A model generated the notes under the pieces. That model did no database searches and had not been told where the DNA came from. It saw nothing but the letters and a program-made list of their open reading frames with translations. The position numbers and the translations under genes were made by a program. From Podarcis erhardii (lineage: Eukaryota): a DNA stretch of 64,000 bases. Numbering within the stretch: the stretch's first letter is position 1; each line of letters starts with the position of its first letter. The stretch lies in the NCBI GenBank assembly GCA_964252035.1, contig OZ176200.1, one strand, 5' to 3'. This document shows, one piece after another, positions 23,937 to 35,900 of this stretch.

Positions 23937-26900
23937 CTGCAGGGAGGTAAAAAAAAAACGTATTTTGTAAACAGGTACAGGAAAACAGAAAAGCTTACAC
24001 CGAGGGTCTTGTTCTTACATACACATGAGGCCTTGTTATCTTTAATTGATTAACATTTACAAAGTAATTATGACTTAAGATCCCATATATATACTGCTTT
24101 CCTGCAAAACCATTTACTTGATTTGCTAGACTCAGGAACGTTTTTTATTTTTTCCCTGTTCTCAGGCTTTGTTTAATGCATCACTAAGGTAAGGTTCAAT
24201 AGACTTGCTGTTGATATCTTAGCTGTTAAATATTACTCAATTTATGCAAATGTAGACACAGGACAGTATCTAGCATATTAGTTGCAATAGTGCAGGGAAT
24301 GTTTTCACCCTCTCCTTGTCCTATGTGTCCTCTGTGCACCCCCTAAATCTGTTCTGGGGGTTCCCCCAGCCCTCTAAAACGGATTTGGGGAGGAGGTTGG
24401 AGGTGCAGGGAGCACTCAGACACTGTACTGGGAATGTCACAGGTGGATGGGCACGGCCTTTCTATCGTTCTGATAAAGCCCCAGTTGGTGATGTGCCTTT
24501 ATTGGTAAACTCCTCAGCTCTAGTTGATGCCATGTATCCTGGTGTAAGTGCCTGGTCATTGAAGAACCCCCTCTGCCCAAAGCATACTTGCTTCAAAGTA
24601 TGGGCTCATAGACAAACTTTTGCATATCTGAATTAATATGTACAGATGCAAATTCAGAATTTTAATATTACAGACAATAAACCCATCGGACACCCCAAAT
24701 ATGTTCAATTATATTGCACCCCACTCCAGATCTGTCCCCTCTTCAATTAATTTACTCTCGTTTTCCCAACAGATCCTTCTCCAAATCCATTTAATCCCCT
24801 TACAATTGCCCCCATTCATTATTATCTCTAGGTACGATCATTTCAAATTCATTTATTTCCACAAATTTATATCTTACTAACCCAGATCACACACCCCTCT
24901 GACACACACCCAGTTAATCTCTTGAATACATTACCTACCCAGAAACGCTCAATACATTTAGGAAAAGATACGGGGTCTGTGCCCCAAGGCATATACTCCC
25001 TACCAGGCCTGTGCAAGGGGGCGGGGACAGCTGGGTACACTTGCCCTGGGCCTTGGAGGGCTAGGGTGACTGGGGGGCTCCACCAGGGGCCTGCAGGACT
25101 TACGGTGTCATGTCAAGAACAAGACTTCCATGCTGGGCTTCATACAAGCTCTGAATGGTCCTGCTACCAACCCAAGATTAAGAGGTCTCCTCACCTGAGT
25201 AACTCCTTCTCTTTTTCCAGTGCATTGAGCATGTTCACTGAAGATGACTGCTGGAGGCAGTACGTCTGGAAGGCAGGCAGCATATTGACAAATTCCAGGA
25301 ATATCTCACCGATGCACACAGTCATGAGGTCATCATCGCCCTGCGGACACACAACACACAAGGCAATACATCACCCAGAGACGTGGAGGTACTAGAGGCC
25401 ATTAAAAGCCACCGGCCTAATATTCAGTTGTGGCGAATGTGCTGGAGTGGAGCTGGTGACATTGGTGTCTCCGCAGTTTACGGAGCTGAGGTGGGGCAGG
25501 GCAGCAGCAAAGGCAAGGCTGTGTGGACATACCAGCAGGAGGAACAGATTGGTGTCCACACAGCCCTGACCGCATCACCGCCCTGCCCCGTCCCAGCCCT
25601 ATCCAGGTAATATGCAGCCCAGACCTACCACCTTGACTGCAACTGCTAATATAATTGAAAGCTGATCTTGGACTACACGTTAGCAACACACCTCATGATA
25701 GCTGTTTCAACAGTGAGTTTCTTTTGGCCATGAACTACAGCTTGAATGCATTCTGAATAATTAAGCTCTTTCCGCACTGAAAACAAGGAAAAGTGCTACA
25801 CGTTTTTTCCTTGAACTGCAATCTATTCTCCAAACAGTGGCCCAAGCCCAGTCACTAGGAATCACAAGAGGGGGAAATGCTGTTATACTCAGCTTCTGTT
25901 TGTGAGCTTCCCATAGGCATCTCATTGGCCACTGTGAGGACAAGATGGTAGGTGAGATGGGCCTTTGGCCTGATCTAGTGGGATCTTCTTATGGTTTTCT
26001 ACTGACTCTGGTAGAACATTAAAAGTGTATGCAAACACAATGCAAAAGTGATTAATCTCAGCTTGACAACCATGTTGTTATTCCCTTCCATGTCTTTTAA
26101 TGATTTACTCTACTGATGTATATTTTTAGAATCTGTTACATTTTGATTCCTAATTAAAAAAAGATAAAAGTATTTCACAAAAGACTATTGCAAGACCATT
26201 CCCCTTTTTTGCCAGCATGAGGTGCTGTAGCACAGAGGTTCAATTATGACAGAGAGTACTACACTATTGCTGAAACAAAAACAAACATTCATAATTAAGG
26301 AAACATGCCACCCAACTTAAATGGTTTGCTGAAATCCATCAGCAGACAGCATCCTTGCAAGTTAAACTGGATTTCAGTTGAATTCCATGGATTAAATCTT
26401 CACTTTTGAGGTTTTGAAACTGGAGACTGTACCACTCTATTCCCCCCCAAAATTTCAACCCCATATATGTCAAAATAGAATGCTCAACATCTGAACCCTT
26501 TAAACTTACTGCATTAAAATCTGAAGAAGTGTGCATGCACACGAAAGCTCATACCTAGAACTAACTTAGTTGGTCTTTAAGGTGCTACTGGAAGGAATTT
26601 TTTTATTTTGTTTTGACTATGGCAGACCAACACGGCTACCCATCTGTAACTGCATTAAAATGTGCATGCACACAGATTCCCACAAAGTATTGCAATGCAA
26701 ATTTTGCATATATGATTTTGAGTTCTAAATTAATTTTTAAAATTGTGACTGGCAGAGCTGGAAATGGCTCACAGGATCTCTTTTACGCCTTTGGTCTTAT
26801 CCCCCAGCTCCTCTATTATCCTTGATTTCCCTCCTTGGCTCCCCAGCATCTTAAAAAGTTCAACTACATCTCTGACGCAGTGGATAGCATTATCACATTT

Positions 26901-29900
26901 CCCCATTTTGGATGATTATATCTTGGCTTTAAAAGACACAAACCTTTTGCCCGCTTGCACCACCAGCATGCAGTCCCTGGAAGGTCAGCTATGAGGAAAT
27001 ACAACACTTGAACTGAAAAAGGTTCCTTGACCCTCGTCCAAACTGGCTGGGAGTGACCCCCAAGGGTTTCACACAAGACCCTTTTCCAACCCTACCTGGG
27101 AGATGCCAGAGATCAAACCTTGAACCTTTGTATATAAAACATGACCTCTGACACCAAGAAGAATCCCTGTCCTGCCTACTTGTCCATATACCCAGTACTG
27201 TCTTCTCTGATGGCCCTCTAAGGCAGAGGGTCTTCACTGCACCTGCTACATGATCCTTCCCCTTCCCTCCCTTTTAAAAATGGCTAAGTCAGAGACTGAA
27301 CCTGGAACTTTCTGCATGAAAAGCATGTGTTCTCCTGCTGAGCTCTGGCCCTTCCCCAAGGCGATTATCCGGCCTTCAAAATAATACTCTCTCCTGCATT
27401 TGACTTGCAAAGTTCAGCAACAGGGCGCAGAGCCGTGTGCCGTACACAGGGTGCTAGTCTGTAATAATGAACCATCAAGAACTGCTGTTCCAGCAAATTA
27501 TAAGTAACCTTGAGTACGTTCAAGAAAGAGAGCCAGTTTGGAGCGTGGCTCAAATAACACTTAAAGGATTTAACTAGCCTTGCGTCTGTTCTTGGCCACC
27601 GGCAATTGTTGGCAGGCAAGGCTGCTTTTAATTGCTCTCCTGTGGGCAAGATGGGGTTCTTTGAATGCTGCTGTAAAAATTAATTTCATGGTAAAAGGGT
27701 GTTTTGTTTCTTTCAGAGCCCTTAATAAAGCACAGGGCATAATATAAATACACAGCGGCGTGTAAAAGCCATTCTCTTTGCTGAGGTGCTAGCGCAACCG
27801 TCTGCCTGCCGGCATTGTTTTCCTTCAGCCAATGGAAATGCGGCAATATTTGGAACTGATGGTAGGCTTCGCTGCGCAGCAAATTGAAAGTGCTAAAGGG
27901 GCAATTCCACATGTCATAAAGCTAGCCCCAGACTGGTCTGTTCAGGAGCACATGGGGCCTTCCCCAGCCTGGTGCCTGCCAGATGTTTTGGACTACAACT
28001 CCCACCCCTTACCATTGGACATGCTGGCTGGGGCTGATGGGAGCTGTAGTCTAACAACACCTAGAGGGCACCAGGCTGGGGGAGGTTGGCATAGGGATTC
28101 ATGCATTGCAGGGGGCTTTCTTAGGTGATTCTATGATTCTACAAGGCACAAAGGATTTTTGAGTTGCTTATTCACCAAGTGGTCTTGAATTGACGTATCT
28201 TGTTGACAATCACAAAGAAACACAGGCGACCTATGGTAGACTGGGGGCATCCAATCAGAGCTAGAGGCAGATGTTTACTCACACAATTGAAATGACAAAA
28301 AATAAATAAAAAGTTGGTACCCTTTGGAACAAGAGCACAGGGAAGCTGCCTTATACCAAGCCAGATCAACTAGCTCAATACTGTCTTCTTTGACTGGTAG
28401 CATCTCTCCCAGCCCTACCTGGAGATGGTGGGGATGGAACCTGGGACCTCCTACACGCAATGCAGGTGCTCTTACACTCAGCAATGGCCCCTTCCCTCTT
28501 TCAGCAGCTAAAATGAGTCAGACAGAGGCATACCCATTCTCAATTCCCTTACCTGCTCATTAGGCATTGTGCCTTTCTAATGAGTGGCACAACCTTTGAG
28601 TGCCATAGTAACAAAGCTGCAGTGGGAAAAGTAGCTCATTATAACTGCACAGGGAAACGGAGAAGAAATCTGAGACCACACACTACCTGCTCAAAGGCCT
28701 GCTCAATCTCTTCCTGAAGGTACTCCAGGAAGTTTTCGTTGAGGTCAATGAGCTCCTGTATGTTGCCGAAAACCACCAGCAGCTGGTCCTGTGTTAGCAG
28801 GCCAGCAGCTTGCATGGGGAGGTAGAACTCTTCCTTGATGATGCGCAGGTCCTCCCCGTAGCTGGTTTCAGTGTTGACAAACTCCAGCACCGACTCCTTC
28901 CGCTCCGTCCGGCACTTCAGGCACTTCTCGCAGAGGACGGCCCGCCTCTTGTTCTGGTTCTGGACATCCGTCTCCAGCGGGAAGTGTCTCCCCCCACAGT
29001 CGGTGCAAGGCTGGTGGGCCTCCCACGCCTGCAGAGATGCCAGCGTCTCCGACGCCTTGCTCCTCCACTTCCTACTCAGCACTTGGCTGATGCCGCTGTC
29101 CGCCCGCTCCATCTCAGCCGGCCTCATCCTTGGCACCCCTCCACTGCTGGCATCGGCACTGTCCCTCTCGTCACTCCCGCCCACAATGCCGCTGTCGGCG
29201 CTGAGACTGCTGACGTTGCTCCAGCGGTGTTTGGAACGAAAGGAGCCGCCCAGAATGCCGTGGTTCTCATCAACGTTGCTGCTGTAGTTGAGGTTGGCTT
29301 TCGTCAGCACTGGGCCTGAGCGGGGAGGAAAATAAAATAAATCTATTTGTAGAACCTTCCCATTGTTTTGTTCCTCAGCCCTGTTCATCCAACAGTAAAA
29401 AACTTGTCCTGTTTTGTTTTGTTTTTCCCCTTGTGACCAGGAAGGATTCTGCAAAGTACCTGAATACAGAGACAGGGAGAATCTAGTTCTTAATGATATG
29501 TTGCTACATTCTGGCATTTTCATACATACATAAAGATTTTCTTTTTCTTCATGCTAAGAAAAGCTTGACCTGATCGCTAAGCATGCTCTTAAAGGTACAG
29601 TAGCAGGTCATTAAAAAAAAAAAATAGACAGAAACCCTCCTTGTATTGTACTGGTTAAATTGTCCATCTAGCCTAATGTTACCTCAAAGCCTTGGTCAAG
29701 GTTTCCTTAGCCTTGCCTGCTGAGATCCTTTAAATAGACCTAGACAACTTTTGACCCACCAATATATCCCACTGGCTACATTGCTTGCTGGGTGCTTCTA
29801 TATATTTGCAGCCCCCCAAAAGTAGAGGTTTATCAAACTCCTGGTGGGCCACAATGCACAACTGTGTTTAGTCTCGTGGGCCACAAGCTAGCAGGTCTAC

Positions 29901-32900
29901 TTGACAGTATGCAAAGAACATATTCCGCTTCTGAGCTACATTTCTCTCTTTAATTCAACAGCTAGGGAAGGACGCTCTCATTTGGAATTTGGCTCAGGTG
30001 TGTTGGAAGAAACAAGCCTGTCCTAATGAACTATGCAAACAACAAGTGGAAGCCACATATTGATGGCTCCATCTGCTCAGTATACTTGCAGAACAATTGT
30101 TCCAGGTTCTACTCACCTTTTGCTATATCATGCATGAAGTCAAAGAAAGCACTAGATTGAAGCTTAGCTCATGACACTGCCTTACCTTTGCATACCCCCT
30201 TTCCTGCATTTGCCAGGAGCCAGTTTGGTCCTGTATGGGCCCAGTCCAGGCTATTGGCTGTTGCTATGAATTGTACAGACAGAGAGTACACTGGAGGAGG
30301 AGCTGCTACTGTATTCCCTCTCCTCTGGAGGGACCCTGGAATAAGAGGCTACAGCCGGCTGCAAACATAATCCACGGCTGTTGAGTGTGAGATGTTTGGA
30401 GGCTATCTCTCTGAATGATGACTGCTAACCTAATGTCAAAACACACCCGGAACTATGAGTGACATGGACACACCCTGCAAATCACACACAAAGCAAGAGG
30501 CAAGGGGAGCCTACTGGAGTCTCTCTCTTGCCGGCGCTTCTGGGCATGCTGCCGTGCTGCTGCAGCGATCTTCAGCTCCAGTTGTTTCCTCTTCACAGCA
30601 TCTGTTGGCATCGGATCACTGAAATGAGGCCGCAGCCGACACTCCCGTTGAGCTTTGGTGCAGTCCGAAGTTTCGTAGGAGATGTCAGAACTTGATCGGC
30701 GGCAGTTGGGGCTGGAGCTCTGGAAGGAAAGCAAGGGGTGGTTGTGGGGAGAGGTTTCTACTAAACAATATATGAGATACTTAAATAAGGTAAAGGTAAA
30801 GGGACCCCTGACCATTAGGTCCAGTCGTGACCGACTCTGGGGTTGCGGTGCTCGTCTTGCTTTATTGGCCGAGGGAGCTGGTGTACAGCTTCCCGGTCAT
30901 GTGGCCAGCATGACTAAGCCGCTTCTGGTGAATCAGAGCAGTGCATGGAAACACCGTTTACCTTCCCACCGGAGCGGTACCTATTTATCTACTTGCACTT
31001 TGACGTGCTTTCAAACTGCTAGGTTGGCAGGAGCAGGGAGCAAGCAACAAGAGCTCACCCCGTCGTGGGGATTCGAACTGCCAACCTTCTGAACGGCAAG
31101 TCCTAGGCTCTGTGGTTTAACCCCCAGTGCCACCTGCATCCCTTGAAGATACTTAAATATACATGGCCAAATCTGACACCCAGCACCCACTGTCAACTTT
31201 TCCCTTTTCTTGCGAGGAATCCTATTCGGAATAAGGGCATTTCCCTTTAAAAAAAGGAAACGTTGACAGCTATGAGAATAATGTGTGGACAGTCCAGCGT
31301 CAATCCAACATGATCGCACTATTACTGCATGAATGACACACTATGGAATACACCTCCAAAATGCACCAGTCTGGAGGGGCCCTTAGTCACATGTAACTTT
31401 AGCTGGATTTGCACGGTAGTGTTGATGTGCCTTAGGTATCTTCATTCAATAGCTTGTTCCTCGCAGCCACCCAGAAGCAGGAAGGGTGAGATGGGGTGCG
31501 GGAAAACAGGAAAGAGAGAGAGGGGAGAGAGGTAGAAGAAGGGAGGGAGGAGAGCCAGAAGAGTATTAGTGACAGGGGTGCAAAATAGCTGAGAGCTGTC
31601 ATAGCAAGTAAAGTTACAGCTCCCTGACCCAACACTTCTGAGACCCCTTTCTGCTTCAGGCCACGCAACTCACGGTGGGTTGTTGCGAGTCCTCCACAAA
31701 AGTGAGGTCATCCTTCTTAAGTTCACAGAATCCTTTGGAGGGGGGCTCAGGGGTAGCTTCGCCACTGCAGCTGTGAAAAAAGGGACACCACCCCAATTAA
31801 TGTCCTGCACAAACAGCAGTCCAGAGCCAACTCCAAGGGTTGGGAGGAAAATGCATCTTTAAAGCTACAGTGTATTATTCTACAGGTTTTCTACCTTGTG
31901 AAGTCAAAAGCACCACATATCGTCTTTCTCTTACATATACCATTCCATAAATGTACTTCTAATGATGCAGTGGATAATAGGGTTGTGTGTGTGGTTTTTT
32001 TAATGAAACATGTTTGTAAATTTAAAGGGTTGCCCCCCCTTAATATTTCTGTATAAAAGCAGCATCTAAAGTGCATGAAATCTTTAAGCTTCTCGTCCCT
32101 GTTAGTTGTTTTATTTGCACTAAGATAGGAGACAACTTTCTGTTCTGTCATCAAAAAGAAAGTGCTCCCCTAAATTATCAGATACCATGAATAATTTCTC
32201 ATTCATAAATGATGAGGAAACTGTATATCCAAGCCCCAAGGGACAGAAGAGAGAGGACAAAACCTAGTCACACCCACATATACAGGATTAGCGGTGGCAG
32301 AAACAGAGATAACATTTAGCATTTACGTAGCTCACTTGAAGTGTTCACTACACTCGGCACACAATTATGAATGGGTGAAGGGGTTTAAGATTTCCAGGTG
32401 TCACTCACACACAAAAATTAATGCTTTGCTTATTTGATATATTGCATTTGGGGATCTTGTGAATCATCAGGAGACTGCAGTATCCTTCCTTCTGCCTGTG
32501 TTAAAGAACTGTATACCATTCTAGATAGTTGCCCTCTAGGCAACCCTTCATACAAAAACACAAAATACATCTTTTAAAATAAATATTCCCTGTGTGGCCC
32601 ATCACACATTTTCTCACAAATATACAGTGAATCTTTGGTTACTATGCTGCTTCATATAGCATTTTTAAAATAAAAAAATTACATCATCTAACAAAACAAC
32701 AACAGAGTAACTATACCAACTCTGGATAGTGACGTTGGATAATATCTATATACATATTATTCCTGTGGCTTGGCTCACTTTCATGAATCGCTTGGTATTA
32801 TCTGATATGAAGACAGCTCAGGGGTGTGTGACTTGTTCACTCCTGCTTTCAGCTTGTGGCACATTGTTCTGAATTGATCTGTAAGGAGCTGGTGCATGGA

Positions 32901-35900
32901 TAATCCTGCCTTGTGGGGAAGAAAAGGGAGGTTGGAGTCCATGCCAGTTCAGTGTTCTCCAACTCTATGGCTCTGCCTAACTGGGATGACAGCGCTTTCT
33001 GCCCCACAATATTATACACACTGTGGACGAATTCCCAGCTTAGAATGCAGCTAGCTTGTTCTATTTCTCAACTGAAGCTAGTTTGGAAGGAAAGGCATCA
33101 AAATGCAGTAAAAGTATCTCCCCGCTTACGCATGTTCGACTCTCGCGTGGCCATGTATATGCTCGGTGCAGGGAAACAATTAAATAAATAGATTTAAACT
33201 TCAAAAAGGCAAGAAAATGGCAAAAGCAGTCCTAAAAGAGCACAAGAACTACAAAAATGGTGTGAAAAGAGCAGAAAAAATGGCTAGCAATCCCAGGAAC
33301 CTTTGCAACTGCAATCTCATGAGCCTTTGAGTTGAGTTTGAGAAAGGAGGTTTGGAGGGAGCGATTGTGGTGGAGTTTGGCATGTTTTGGGTGGCACTTG
33401 GTAGGGAAGGTGTTTACAAGATTTAGATGTGGCTAATATTCTGTGTGCCCTGCTTCCCAAACCAGCTGTGGAAGTACACTGGATGCAGAATAAACAGAAC
33501 TGTGAACACCACCTCAGTTTTCCAGAGAAAGAGAGAGTACGGTAGGTATTTCAGGCGATATGCAAAATGGCAAATTATATTAAAACTACTGGGAATTTTC
33601 CTTTGTAGGAAGTTATTTCTCTTTATATTCAAGAAATCATATACACACAGTTCCATATTTATTGGATACTGGAGTGCTCTTATCTGTACAATAGTTCTCA
33701 TGATATATATCCTCTCAACTGACTCTTGGCCGACTGTTTTTGCATCTATTCTATCTCTTTCTCCCAGGTGAGAGTAGTTCTTCCATATGGTATTAGAGCA
33801 AGGAATTAATGTAATGGAAGATTTCTGGATGGGGGGGAAATGTACATAATGGTACTGCAACTATTTGTGGCTGAGGTGGTTCAATCAGAGATGTGGCTAA
33901 TTTGAATGAAGCTAGGATGATCAGTATATGAGGTGGGTGTTGTTTTTGTTTCTGCTAGACATGGTAACTGGCTTCAGTTTTTGGAGAAGGGTAGTCCATT
34001 TGCCTGCTTCACTGAAAAAAAATTGTTCCCAAGGCTCCACCCTATTTAGTACCTCACTGCTGCAGATCCCAAATGGTCCAACATCATCTTTGATTTTATT
34101 ATGGAACCATCTTTATCCACCTCTTAAATAACTGAGCAATACTTCAATCTTGAGGCACCCTGTCATCTAGCATTCCTTCATCTACTCTACAAGCTGGGCC
34201 TTTCTGTTATGGCTGAATTTTTCCTCTTCTCACTTCCCCCATATCATCCTTGACATTGGCTGCTGTTTTGACCTTGAAAGAAAACAATATTTTGCCCAGC
34301 AACTTCATGCACTTTAATATGCTCAAATCCAAATATTTTTATTTTTTATTTTTTTTAACCTTGGGACTTTTATTTCCTTAACTGCTTTCTCTGTCATCGT
34401 AAAATTTTTGCCTGTCTTTAATTCCTTATATACCGGATGATCTGATTTCTTGCCCATTCACTGACTTGACTATTAATAATGCCCTAGGTTTTCATCTTTC
34501 TCTGTCTTCAGAAGTCAAATTCCTCAGAAAGCCTGGTAAACACAATTCACAATCAAAAGGTAAAACAGGTAATAAATCAGAATCACCTTTCAATCATGCT
34601 TTCAACCATTTCTTTTTTGCTCAAGTAAAAAAAATGCTCTACAATTCATGACAGGTTTTAGATTATTCCATGAAGATAAAACACTACAAATTAGAGGCTC
34701 AGAATTAAAACATTAAGCTGCTTATAAATGTGTTGAGTAAATTACATTTGGAAGAAAGTTCAGAAATAAAGGGCAGATGTGTTGCATGTAATTCAAACAC
34801 ACGCACAAAATTCCAGCAGAATCTTAAGAAGCCAATGACAAGAATAACCCAGGAAGTCTTCCACTTCACATGAATGAATGCTAACTTAATCTGAAATGAT
34901 AAAATTGTCATGGATGAAAAGGGTATCAATTGCCAGTAGTTATGAAGGCTATATTACCTCCAGTATGCCTCTCACTACCAGTTGCTAGACAGCATAAGTG
35001 CTATTGCAAAAATGTCCTGCTTGTGGGCTTCTGGGTGGCCACTGTGGTAACAGGATGCTGGACCAAATGGACCTTTGGTCTGATCCAGCAGTGCTCTTCT
35101 TATGATTTTATGTGCTGAAAGGATGCTGCTCCATGTAAACAATTGACTGTATGCAGCAGCTCACCTTACGGACTGGCCTCACACCAGATCTCCCCATGTT
35201 ATTCATATTACTGAGGTTTTCTTACAACAAGCACTGGGTCAAATCATGCGGCATGGGGGAAATCCACACGGCAAGACAAGGCACATGAATACCTGGCCCC
35301 ATGGAGCAACTGCCACAAGGACCCAATTTCAAGCAGCCTCAGCGCCACATGTTGCTGAAGTGAACCTAAGGCTTGCAACCCTGTCATTTCACTGCCAAAT
35401 CCTGAGAATATGTTGCCTTTCAAATCTAGTGACACCCCTGCCACTGAGCCAGAAACTCCCATCGTCAAAACAAGATCCTCCATGAGATTGCTAAAGCTCT
35501 GGAAGAAAATGACAGCTGGGTTTTGAGCAAATAATGGCTCTCAGTTTTACAATTTCAAAGGGAAACTGTTTGGTCTCATAAGCTTTTGACTCAAAGTCAT
35601 GAGAAGCTTGGCAACTGGTTGAAATGACCATTGTGCTTTTCATAGCAATGAATTAATTTCAGAAAGCTCTGAATGTAAGCAAACTGAGCTTGATAAAGTC
35701 CATCTATTACTATGACCCTACCTGGCAAAAGGGATGTTGTGAACAAAAGAAAATAACACTGTGCGATGGATCTCAGTCCCATACTTGCAGAACCCATGGC
35801 TTACAAGAGCAGACACTGGCTCACCTGAGCAGGAGGAGGCGTTTTTCTGCACTTGGGACAATGGAATCTCTATGTAGATAAGACAAGAGTGCCTCAATTA

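Noticed and set aside
23153-23950. Plus-strand ORFs of 122-175 aa opposite the RhoGEF last exon (likewise 28810-29319)
   Set aside because: Antisense shadows of a GC-rich coding exon
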